DNA of 40,232 nucleotides. It comes from an uncultured Thermoprotei archaeon (GTDB lineage Archaea; Thermoproteota; Thermoprotei; Thermofilales; B15-G2). A program made the translations under genes and the position numbers. The notes beneath the pieces were generated by a model. It saw only the letters and a list, made by a program, of their open reading frames with translations. It was not told the DNA's origin and did not search any database. This document shows positions 1 through 8,027 of this stretch, piece after piece (within the stretch, counting starts at the first letter, position 1; every line of letters starts with the position of its first letter). Where the stretch lies: NCBI GenBank assembly GCA_965367815.1, contig CBDUKN010000022.1, positions 1-40,232 on the forward strand, in the 5' to 3' direction.

Positions 1-69
1 ATGATACGGCGACCACCGAGATCTACACCGTCTAATTCGTCGGCAGCGTCAGATGTGTATAAGAGACAG
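1..69 (+). other. Illumina Nextera adapter contamination (P5 + i5 index + Read1 primer/Tn5 mosaic end)
   Basis: ATGATACGGCGACCACCGAGATCTACAC (P5, 1-28), CGTCTAAT (8-nt index, 29-36), TCGTCGGCAGCGTC (37-50), AGATGTGTATAAGAGACAG (mosaic end, 51-69). Confidence 0.99.
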
Positions 70-808
70 GGTGATATTGTCCGAGACTGTCCTGTTGGCT
101 TGTTTGCTGCGTGTTTGTTAGCTGTATGTGTGCTTATAGTAGCATGTAGACCAACTACTATTCCCCCCTTTCCCGTCTAAATCATTCTCATGCTGTGTTA
201 AACATGTAGCTAACTAGTAATTAGTATTCAAGCTGACGAACACTCCACCCTAATATACATTAAGCTAAATATAGGTAAACATGTCTAACACTTACTTCTA
301 CACCACAACACAGCTAAACTACAGCCAGCGAGAAGCAGCAAAAGAAAAACAACAGCACCTTCACAAAACTTTAACCAGATAGTCTCGTATTGCCCGTAAG
401 GTTATTTTATGTGTTTTTGGTTATCCTATATTAGTTACTCGGTTCCGGGCTTATTGCTTATGGTTTTGTGGCTGTAGTTTAGTTTATTAAAGCCTATTAG
501 GAGCAGTATACTTGTGTGTTGATGTGTGTTTTAATGTGTGAGCCTTATAGGCGTTTAAAGAAGTAAGCATCAAAATAGTAGGCTCACTAAACTCTAAAAC
601 ATGCACAAGCTAGTTCACAGAGTAATAGCACTTTTGTTTGAGATTGCTAGTGTCTATGTAGTATATAGTTTTATTTAGGGTTTTGGTGTTTTAAGGTTCT
701 TTCATTAAATTAAGTAGTTTTAAAGGATCTTTTCATGTTTAGTTATTGGCTTTAGCTAAGGGATTTTGATAAAGTGTTTAACTAAGGAAGTAATGCTGTG
801 GTATTAAA

Positions 809-1801
809 CTATCTTTCGTAAGATGCTATTGTGTAAAATCCGTGTTTCTGAGCCTGTTTTCGAGCTGATGGGTGAATAAGGTAACCGAATAGTACTCCTA
901 TTAGCTTATCTCTGGGAAGCACTTTCCTTAGTTTAGAGTATTTTCTGTAAAACTGTTCTACGTCGTGCCTGTATATTCTTGACTTGACTTCGCCTACAAC
1001 AAATACTTTTTTCTTGTCTTTTAAGCCTTCGCCGAATAAATCGACTTCTATTTCCTCTCCATTAACCGTGAAGAACTCTCTCCGAAGCTCTTCTACGTAA
1101 ATCCCTGTATGTCTTTGAAGCCAGCCAGGTAAAACTACTCTAGCAATATCCTCTAAACCAAAACCCACAGTCTCACTAAGCCTACCAACCTCTACTTTCA
1201 ACATTTTAACACTATCAGAAAGCTCGCCCACAGCCAAAACCAGAGAACCGACAACCCCAGCCAACTTATCAACACGCTCCTCAGTACGCTTCTGAGCCAC
1301 AGCAAGTTCATTAACTCTTTCCTCAGTACGCTTCTGCGCTTCAGCAAGCTCACTTAATCTCATTTCAGTGCTCTTCTGAGCTTCAGCAAGTGCTTCTAAA
1401 GCCTTCGAAAGCTCATCGACTCTTTCTTCTGTGCGTTTCTGCGCCTCAGCAAGCTCATTAACTCTTTCCTCAGTACGTTTTTGAGCCTCTGCAAGCTCGT
1501 TTAAAGCCTCCGAAAGCCTATTAACACGCTCCTCTGTACGTCTCTGAGCCACAGCAAGCTCATTCAAAGCCTTAATAAGCTCATCAACTCTCACTTCAGT
1601 ACGCTTTTGTGCTTCCGCAAGCTCATTAAGCCTTTCTTCTGTGCGTTTTTGAGCTTCAGTCAACTTACCGATACTTTCGGCTAGCCGCCTCACTTCTCTA
1701 ATCAGCTTATCAAATTCCTCACGAGTCACTTTAATTTCCTTGACTCTCTCGTCTACTACTTTAATTATAAATTCGTATAGCTCAGTGCTAATTGAAGGCA
1801 T
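809..1801 (-). CDS. Coiled-coil repeat protein with C-terminal PD-(D/E)xK-like nuclease domain
   Basis: 330 aa; many [12 protein letters not shown]-type heptad repeats; C-terminal EVD...GEVK motif typical of restriction-endonuclease-like folds. Confidence 0.8.
   Translation of the reverse strand: MPSISTELYEFIIKVVDERVKEIKVTREEFDKLIREVRRLAESIGKLTEAQKRTEERLNELAEAQKRTEVRVDELIKALNELAVAQRRTEERVNRLSEALNELAEAQKRTEERVNELAEAQKRTEERVDELSKALEALAEAQKSTEMRLSELAEAQKRTEERVNELAVAQKRTEERVDKLAGVVGSLVLAVGELSDSVKMLKVEVGRLSETVGFGLEDIARVVLPGWLQRHTGIYVEELRREFFTVNGEEIEVDLFGEGLKDKKKVFVVGEVKSRIYRHDVEQFYRKYSKLRKVLPRDKLIGVLFGYLIHPSARKQAQKHGFYTIASYER
1262..1668 (-). repeat. Intragenic coding repeats (14-aa / 42-bp units with 7-aa inserts)
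   Basis: Recurrent CAGCAAG(C/T)TCATTAACTCTTTCCTCAGTACG-like units encoding [14 protein letters not shown]. Confidence 0.85.
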
Positions 1802-1951
1802 CCAAGTAACTTGTTGTTTAAAATATTTAACTTTATCTCAATGAGCTAAGTGGACTTGACTTCTATTTAGTATTTCAGAGTTGTATTATCAATATTTATA
1901 TGTTTTAGTGATGGTACTGTATTAACGAAGTGCAATACGAGGTATAAACGT

Positions 1952-2179
1952 ATGTCTGTAGTTATAAGTATTAGGGTACCGAAGAAGCTTAAAGAGAAAA
2001 TGAATAAGTTTAAGGACGTTAATTGGAGTGAGGAAATAAGAAAGTTTATTGAGGAAAGGATCTCTCAATACGAGGTTGACATGATTCTTAAGAGGACTGA
2101 GGAGCATTTAAGGGATGTTCCTGAATTGCCTTCTGGAACTGTTTGTAAGTGGTTGAGGGGTGATAGAGGGAGTCATTGA
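1952..2179 (+). CDS. vapB: VapB-type ribbon-helix-helix antitoxin
   Basis: 75 aa; MSVVISIRVPKKLKEKM...VNWSEEIRKFIEE RHH pattern; 3' end overlaps a PIN-domain start. Confidence 0.85.
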   Translation: MSVVISIRVPKKLKEKMNKFKDVNWSEEIRKFIEERISQYEVDMILKRTEEHLRDVPELPSGTVCKWLRGDRGSH

Positions 2180-2222
2180 TTCTTCGATATTGGCGAAGTA
2201 TTTGTTGAAAGAATATGCCTAA
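2160..2222 (+). pseudogene. vapC: Truncated VapC (PIN) toxin remnant
   Basis: GTG-start frame reads (M)IEGVIDSSILAKYLLKEYA*, i.e. PIN first strand/helix, overlapping the antitoxin stop and ending after 20 codons. Confidence 0.7.
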
Positions 2223-2294
2223 CTGTGGATATAGTTGGAGTTAATTTTGGAAGGAAGTAGTTAAGTGTATAAAGTTTTGTAGATAGTATGTTTT

Positions 2295-2753
2295 GTGGGT
2301 TTGTTTGAGATTGCTGTTGAGTGTGTTAAAAGAATGGTTGTGGAGAATAGGTTTGTAGCTGGGGTTATTTTGTTTGGTTCTGTTGCTAGAGGTGAGGAGA
2401 GTGAGAGGAGTGATGTGGATTTGCTTGTTTTGTGGGAGGGGCTTGATGTTGATGAGAAGAAGAGGCATGTATATGTGTATAGAGCGGTGTCTCAGTATTT
2501 TCCTTCTTCTGTGAGGCTTACTGTGCTTGATATGGAGTATTCTAGTTTTTTGAAAGTGAGGAAGCTTACTCCTCTTCTTCTCAATATTATTTATGACGGA
2601 GTCGTCCTTTACGATAAGTATGGGTTATTGGAGAAGTTTCTTTCTAGGGTTCGTGGAGAGCTTGAGGCTAAGGGATTAAAAAGAGTGAAGATAGGGAAGT
2701 ACTACTACTGGAAGTTGCCTAAGCCGGGTGCTAAAGTTGAGTTAGAGGTGTGA
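2295..2753 (+). CDS. Minimal nucleotidyltransferase (MNT) antitoxin
   Basis: VILFGSVARGE...SDVDLLV motif. Confidence 0.9.
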   Translation: MGLFEIAVECVKRMVVENRFVAGVILFGSVARGEESERSDVDLLVLWEGLDVDEKKRHVYVYRAVSQYFPSSVRLTVLDMEYSSFLKVRKLTPLLLNIIYDGVVLYDKYGLLEKFLSRVRGELEAKGLKRVKIGKYYYWKLPKPGAKVELEV

Positions 2754-2755
2754 GC

Positions 2756-2791
2756 ATGGAGGTAGAGTCAGTAAAGAAGAGACTGCGGTAA
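2756..2791 (+). pseudogene. Possible truncated HEPN/DUF86 toxin remnant
   Basis: ATG 2 bp after the MNT stop, preceded by GAGGTG SD-like sequence; MEVESVKKRLR*; this is the position where the HEPN partner normally lies. Confidence 0.4.
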
Positions 2792-3007
2792 GCAGTATTT
2801 TTGGTCTTCTCTTCTTAACGGCTACTGTAGTTGTCTTAGTGCTGGTAATTGTGGCTGCATACTATTTTTGCTAAGCGTGTAAAGAGAAGTCCTGAGCGTA
2901 AATAAGTTAGTCTGTTTTGAAGTATTTTAGTTTGTTTTAGGAGTTGTTTGCGAATTTATTATAATATTTTTCTTAGTGCGTGAATAATGTGTTTTCGCTA
3001 TTTTATT

Positions 3008-3277
3008 TTAATATTCTCTAATAATTACTATTGGTATTTTGGCTTTTTTCACTAGTTCGTAGAATTCTTCAATATTCATTTTAGCTATTTTTTGGGCTAA
3101 TCTTAGGTCTCCTGTTTCTATGTAGTATTTTAGTGCTGCTTTTATTCTAGGGGGCTGTTTTTCTATGAAATTCCAGTCGGCGTACTTACGTCTAATACTA
3201 CGCTCAAACTCGTCTTCGAGTATATGTTTTTCTTTATATCCTGCTTTTTTAGCTAAATCTTTTCTTAGGGAAAACAT
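3008..3277 (-). CDS. UPF0175-like antitoxin, second copy
   Basis: Paralog of 3751-3981; GDLRLAQKIAKMNIEEFYELVKKAKIP HTH-like C-terminus. Confidence 0.75.
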   Translation of the reverse strand: MFSLRKDLAKKAGYKEKHILEDEFERSIRRKYADWNFIEKQPPRIKAALKYYIETGDLRLAQKIAKMNIEEFYELVKKAKIPIVIIREY

Positions 3278-3749
3278 GGCCTGTATCCCTACTGTAATTT
3301 TCTAACTCCTTTTCAAAGTCTTCTATTAAGCCTTTAGAGTACAAGTATTTAAAGAGTTCTAGGCTTCTCCAAACTTTTACTTTCTTGAACTCATTATAGT
3401 ACTCAACAAGCCTCAATACGCCCTTGTTTTCTGTTAAGCATATGCAGTTTTCTTTATATGCTATTGCTAGAGCATATGCTTCAGGAGGATCTAGAGAAGG
3501 TATTCTGGGATCAGAGACGGAGATTTCGAGTGCCTTTCTAACGATTGGTGATAGCTCTGTTTTAAATGGGTAGATTACTAGAAATCCTTTGATCATGAGA
3601 TTTAATACGTATTCGAGGGTATTTTCTGAAGATACTTCATTTAATACTTCTTCTGTAGTAAAAACGTAGTCGAATATTTTTTCTAAAAGATGCCTTTTCC
3701 TGTACTTAGACCAGTCTATGATAAAGCAAGTGTCGATACTCGCGGTCAA
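3249..3749 (-). CDS. PIN-domain toxin (DUF3368/VapC-like)
   Basis: IDTCFII, EEVLNE, LDPPEAYALAIA, LTEN acidic PIN motifs. Confidence 0.85.
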   Translation of the reverse strand: MTASIDTCFIIDWSKYRKRHLLEKIFDYVFTTEEVLNEVSSENTLEYVLNLMIKGFLVIYPFKTELSPIVRKALEISVSDPRIPSLDPPEAYALAIAYKENCICLTENKGVLRLVEYYNEFKKVKVWRSLELFKYLYSKGLIEDFEKELENYSRDTGHVFPKKRFS

Positions 3750-3750
3750 C

Positions 3751-3981
3751 TTAATTCTCCCTTACAATTACTTTTGGTATTTTTGCCTTAATACGTATTT
3801 CTTCGAATTCATCGATAGTTAAACCTGCTAGCTTAGCAGCTTTATAGGAGTCTCCTGTTTCGATGAATAGTTTTAGCGCCATTTTTATTTTAGTTGGCTG
3901 TTTTTCTATGAAATTCCAGTCAGCATACTTACGCCTGATACTACGCTCAAACTCGTCTTCAGGTAAAAATTCTCTTGACAT
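3751..3981 (-). CDS. UPF0175-like antitoxin
   Basis: 76 aa directly upstream of the PIN gene; GDSYKAAKLAGLTIDEFEEIRIKAKIP. Confidence 0.8.
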   Translation of the reverse strand: MSREFLPEDEFERSIRRKYADWNFIEKQPTKIKMALKLFIETGDSYKAAKLAGLTIDEFEEIRIKAKIPKVIVREN

Positions 3982-4153
3982 CTCTACGTCAAATAAGGGA
4001 CCTGTATATTAAATCTTTTCTATGGTATCTTGTTACGTATAGTAGCTTGTAGCTATGTTTTAGGTCTTTCGGCCTATAGATGTTTTGTAGCAGTTTTTGT
4101 GTAGTGGAGAAGGGCTATTATTGTTATTTAGTGTTAAAGTTTAGGTGTTTTAG

Positions 4154-4585
4154 TTGAGTGGTGAGTATGCTTGTCTTCTTAAGAAGAGGGCGTTGAATGC
4201 TTTTAAATGGGCTAAGAGGGCTTTTGAGGAAGGTGACTACGATACTGCTGCTCGTGAAGCTGGGTATGCTGCTCGATTGTATATTGAGTCTTTTATTTAC
4301 CGTGTTCTTGGCGAAGAGAGGAGGGGGCATGATATTAGAGGTCTTTTAGGTATTCTTGCTGCTGCTCTCATAGAGCAGGGTTTGAGTAGGGAAGCTGAAA
4401 GAATTTTTGACTTTATTAGGACTCATAGGAGGGAGTTAGCTGAGCTCGCAGAGGCTCATACTCGGGCGGTTTACGGGTTGTTTGAGTATGGTGAGAGGGA
4501 GGCAGGTTTAATTCTTAGGGTGGCGGAGGAAGTAATAGGGCTCTTGGAGTCGCTTGAGGTGGAGATATTTGGGGAGAAGGCTTGA
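4154..4585 (+). CDS. HEPN-domain protein
   Basis: RALNAFKWAKRAFEEGDYDTAA...RGHDI...RAVY HEPN pattern; adjacent to MNT. Confidence 0.85.
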   Translation: MSGEYACLLKKRALNAFKWAKRAFEEGDYDTAAREAGYAARLYIESFIYRVLGEERRGHDIRGLLGILAAALIEQGLSREAERIFDFIRTHRRELAELAEAHTRAVYGLFEYGEREAGLILRVAEEVIGLLESLEVEIFGEKA

Positions 4586-4901
4586 GAGCAGGCTTCAGAT
4601 GCTTAAGAGGTGGAGGGAGGTTGTTAGAGAAGTAGTTAAAGTAGTTGAGGAGCTTTATCCTGATGCTGAATTATACTTGATTGGCGGTGCTGCTGAGGGT
4701 AGATTGACTGTAAATAGTGATATAGATGTTGTAATAGTGTTTAGGGAACTGGAGGATAGCAGGGGCGAGGTGTTAGCTAAGATTTGGGAGGCTTTAGAGG
4801 GGAAAATTCCGGTTTATTATCCTCTTGAGATACATGTACTTTGTTCCAGTGAATTGAGTAAAATAAGAGGGAAGAAGATAAAGTTGAGTGGAGAGCTTTA
4901 A
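4554..4901 (+). CDS. Minimal nucleotidyltransferase (MNT) antitoxin (true start probably TTG at 4582)
   Basis: LYLIGGAAEGRLTVNSDIDVVIV; coupled to the HEPN gene. Confidence 0.85.
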   Translation: MRWRYLGRRLESRLQMLKRWREVVREVVKVVEELYPDAELYLIGGAAEGRLTVNSDIDVVIVFRELEDSRGEVLAKIWEALEGKIPVYYPLEIHVLCSSELSKIRGKKIKLSGEL

Positions 4902-5102
4902 TTTTAATGTGAATTTACTATATGTGTGATTTATGAAGGTTTTAGTAAAATTGATTTAGGATCTGGTTTAACTGGTGAAGAGAGACGGCTTCTTGGTAGG
5001 GAACATAATTTACTGTTTATTTGTGTTTAAGATCGTGTAGCAGGAGATGTTGTGTTGGGTTTTCTGATGTGCTTGTTTTACTTGGTACTGTACTGTATAG
5101 TG

Positions 5103-5126
5103 GTACAATTTTTATAAAAATTGTAC
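5103..5126. promoter_or_regulatory. Perfect 24-bp palindrome centred on a TATA-like box
   Basis: GTACAATTTTTATAAAAATTGTAC is its own reverse complement; GTACTG repeats nearby at 5085, 5090, 5123 and 5140. Confidence 0.6.
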
Positions 5127-5317
5127 TGTATGGGTGCCGGTACTGTTCAAATAGTTTGGTTCTGTTTTTGTCTACTGGGATATGATGTTATTGGTGGTAT
5201 TTGAGGAGCTGAAAGTAGTTGATGAAAATATTGTTGATGCATTTATTTTATTTGCTAGGATTGTGCGAATAGGAGTTGTGTTGAACGCTATTTTGCTGTG
5301 TGGTTATGGATGGTGGC

Positions 5318-5481
5318 CTATTTTGTGTACTGTTGTTCCCTGTTTTTGCTATTTGTGTGGTGTATGTTATGCCTCCTGCTTTTTGGTATTGCTTTGGCTA
5401 TTTTTGAATGTTTTCTGGCGGGCATAGTGCGATCATACATTCTCCTCCGCCTGATCCGCTTAGTTTTGCTCCTAGTGCTTC
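5318..5481 (-). pseudogene. GHMP-kinase C-terminal fragment (frameshifted)
   Basis: EALGAKLSGSGGGECMIALCPPENIQK, then IAKAI and KAGGITYTTQIAKTG in shifted frames; no N-terminal domain. Confidence 0.75.
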
Positions 5482-5801
5482 TGTGCCTATTGTTGCGGGT
5501 ATTGCTGCTCTCCGACACCAGTCCATGGTTCTTCGAATAAACAGATTCTGCCGGGCGCGGTGACTAATAGCGTTGCATCTGAAATAAATATGCGGAAAAT
5601 TAAAGTGTTTATAGCAGGATCTTATGTTCGTGTGGCTTCTGAAGAATATCTGTCTGATATTTCTCAATGATTTGAAGTGTTTGAAGAAAGATGGAAATAC
5701 ATGGGTGTTTATTTTAGGTTTTGTTTCGATAATGAATATGATTATTGCTTGCTATTTGATTCAGCTTCGTAGTTTCGTGAAGCTAGAGTGATTTAAGGTA
5801 T

Positions 5802-6206
5802 TTAGCGAGTGTTTACTATGTTGTTTAGGCTTATTGTTTTGATTATTTTGTTTGCTTTTTCTTTTAATTTTTTGTCTTCGGTTACTAGTATGAGGTTATG
5901 TTTTTCTGCTAGTGCTACGTAGGATGCGTCATATGCTGTTAAGTGTAGTTTTTTCGCGTATTCGAGTATTTTGTGTTCGAGATTACGTGGACTTAATATC
6001 TTCATGAAGTCTATGGTTTCTGTAAATATGTTTACCAGTTTGTTTGCTTCGTTTATAGTAATGCTTTTGACTAAGTAGGCTTCTTTCCATATGGCGTTGA
6101 GAGCTTCATATATTGTTAGCCACTGAAGGTAGTTGCCGTAGAGTAGTTCGATTTTACTGAGTTTTATTGCATATATTAGTGAAGAAGCGTCAAAAAGCAG
6201 CCGCAT
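5802..6206 (-). CDS. vapC: VapC PIN-domain toxin
   Basis: LFDASSLI, YEALNAIWK, TAYDASYVALA, LVTEDKKL. Confidence 0.93.
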   Translation of the reverse strand: MRLLFDASSLIYAIKLSKIELLYGNYLQWLTIYEALNAIWKEAYLVKSITINEANKLVNIFTETIDFMKILSPRNLEHKILEYAKKLHLTAYDASYVALAEKHNLILVTEDKKLKEKANKIIKTISLNNIVNTR

Positions 6207-6208
6207 AG

Positions 6209-6439
6209 TTATCTGCCTTCCCTAGTCTCTCTAATGTGTTTTACTATGCGGTCTATATCTATTTTTTCGAGAATATAGTTGATTTCATTTATTTTCTTTT
6301 TTAGTTCTTCTAGTTTTCGTCTTTTTACTTCTTCTTCGAGAGCTTTTCTGAGAACTTCGGAGATATTTATGCCGAGTTTTTCGGCTTCTTCTTTAAGTTC
6401 CCTACGGACTTTTGTGGAGACTGTAATATACCTACTCAT
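6209..6439 (-). CDS. vapB: VapB RHH antitoxin
   Basis: ITVSTKVRRELKEEAEKLGINISEVLRKALEEE; directly upstream of vapC. Confidence 0.9.
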   Translation of the reverse strand: MSRYITVSTKVRRELKEEAEKLGINISEVLRKALEEEVKRRKLEELKKKINEINYILEKIDIDRIVKHIRETREGR

Positions 6440-6445
6440 AGAGAT

Positions 6446-6458
6446 TACCCTGAGGGTA
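6446..6458. promoter_or_regulatory. Putative VapBC autorepression operator
   Basis: TACCC-TGA-GGGTA inverted repeat 6 bp upstream of the vapB start. Confidence 0.5.
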
Positions 6459-6527
6459 GTAACAGGCAGTAGTAAATAAGTTTTTGTTATTTATGTCCTG
6501 ATTTTCTGAGTGTAGTTTTTAAAATAT

Positions 6528-7643
6528 TTAATGGGAGGTTATGTGTTTGAGTGCGTATTGGAGGACTGGGTCTGTTATTTTGTATTTGTTGTTTTCTTTT
6601 GTGATGAAGTTTGCTTCTAGGAGTTTTCTTAAGAGCTGGTTGAATGTTGGTTTAGGGATTTTTCCTATTTCGGCTTGCGTGAGTTTGTAGAGTTTGCTCC
6701 AAGAGGCTTTTTCTAGGAGTGCTATTTCCTTGAGTAGTGTGATGTATCTTTTTCTTGCTAGTGGTCTTAGTGCTAGGAATCTTTCTAGTTCTGCTAATGC
6801 TATTTTACTGGCTTCTTGTAGCACTTCTTCTATAATTTTTTGACTGAATTTTCTTTGCCGTGATGCGTAGTAGCCTAGATATGATAGCCATCCTATTACG
6901 CCGTCTAGTTTTTCTACGGCTGCTTCAATGAACCAGTCGGGAGGATCTAGGTCTTTCTGCTTAAATCCCTTAATTAAGAAGTCTTTTGACTGTTCCTTGG
7001 TTAAGGGTTTTAGTATTATTTCGTGGTATGCTCTACCGTAGAGTGGTGCTTCTGGGTCTCCTTTACGTATAAGTTTGTAGAGTAAACCTATTTCTGATCC
7101 TGTTAATACTACTGTTATATTAGATAGATGATCGTAAATATATGCTAATAGCGAGTCAAAACGGTATCGAGCTAGTCTTCTTAATTCTTGAGCTTCGTCG
7201 ATTACTACTACTATGTGTTCATCCAGCTCGTTGATACTTTCGATTATTTCTACTACGGTTTGATATCCTGCTTTTGATGCTTTGACGCGAATTTCAAAGC
7301 CGGCTACAGAGATTTCTTCGATTTTTTCTAGTAGTTCTTTAATTCTCTTGAAATATTTTTCTCTTCTTTTTAGAAATTTATTAAAGCTTTCAGCTAATAG
7401 TAAAGCAAGGTCTTTAGGACTTATAGGGCCTAGTGATGGCAAAAGTCTGCAGTTCAGATATACATACGGTATTTTATACTCTTCTAAGCAAGTTAAAACT
7501 AGTGAAGTTTTGCCGTAGCGTCTTAGTCCGAGAACTAATATTAACGGATCTTTTTCCTCGATACCTCTTCTTAATTCCTTTAATTCTTCTTCTCTATCAT
7601 AGAAGTCTTTTAGTCTTGTTTTAGGCCTTAAATCGAAATACAT
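6528..7643 (-). CDS. Archaeal AAA+ ATPase (ATPase_2/COG1672-like) with C-terminal wHTH
   Basis: FYDREEEL, Walker A GLRRYGKTS, Walker B VVIDEAQ, LTGS, C-terminal YKITDPV. Confidence 0.92.
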   Translation of the reverse strand: MYFDLRPKTRLKDFYDREEELKELRRGIEEKDPLILVLGLRRYGKTSLVLTCLEEYKIPYVYLNCRLLPSLGPISPKDLALLLAESFNKFLKRREKYFKRIKELLEKIEEISVAGFEIRVKASKAGYQTVVEIIESINELDEHIVVVIDEAQELRRLARYRFDSLLAYIYDHLSNITVVLTGSEIGLLYKLIRKGDPEAPLYGRAYHEIILKPLTKEQSKDFLIKGFKQKDLDPPDWFIEAAVEKLDGVIGWLSYLGYYASRQRKFSQKIIEEVLQEASKIALAELERFLALRPLARKRYITLLKEIALLEKASWSKLYKLTQAEIGKIPKPTFNQLLRKLLEANFITKENNKYKITDPVLQYALKHITSH

Positions 7644-7645
7644 AG

Positions 7646-7679
7646 TGGATACCCTCCTAACCTGGATACCCCCCTATCC
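7646..7679. repeat. Tandem 17-bp direct repeat immediately upstream of the ATPase start
   Basis: TGGATACCCTCCTAACC / TGGATACCCCCCTATCC (15/17 identical). Confidence 0.75.
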
Positions 7680-8027
7680 TATTTATTTTTTCTAGTAGAT
7701 TCTTGTTAAAGGAGGCTAGGGAGTTTATGAAGCTGATGTTGTTTATGTTATTTAATTTATGTAAGGGAATAGAATTTAAGTATGGATTGTGTTTATTTAA
7801 TGGGAGTTGAGGGGAGACTTTTTTATTTTATATGCTGATTGTGAAATTTTCAGTGATTTGCTTTAATGGAGTTTAGTTGTAGTTATGAGAATATTTTGAT
7901 GTATTATTTTATGTTGTTTTTCTATTGTGTTTGTATATGTATGTATCTGTTTATATGTGTCTGTTTGTAGGAGAGGTATATTGTGTATTGTTGAGAGGAG
8001 GGGACATGGGCTTGGAGAATGTTTAGT

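Noticed and set aside
51-69. Tn5 mosaic end as a real transposon terminus
   Set aside because: Embedded in a complete Nextera adapter; no transposase in the window.
70-800. ORF-free, strand-skewed region as CRISPR array, ncRNA or origin
   Set aside because: No regularly spaced repeats or ORB boxes seen; only a short GTGAGCCT/AGGCTCAC inverted repeat; contig edge.
1262-1668. Regular repeats as a CRISPR array
   Set aside because: In-frame coding repeats with no unique spacers.
5182-5667. Four overlapping short ORFs (5182, 5298, 5318, 5398) as real genes
   Set aside because: Low-complexity shadows of decayed MNT-like and GHMP fragments.
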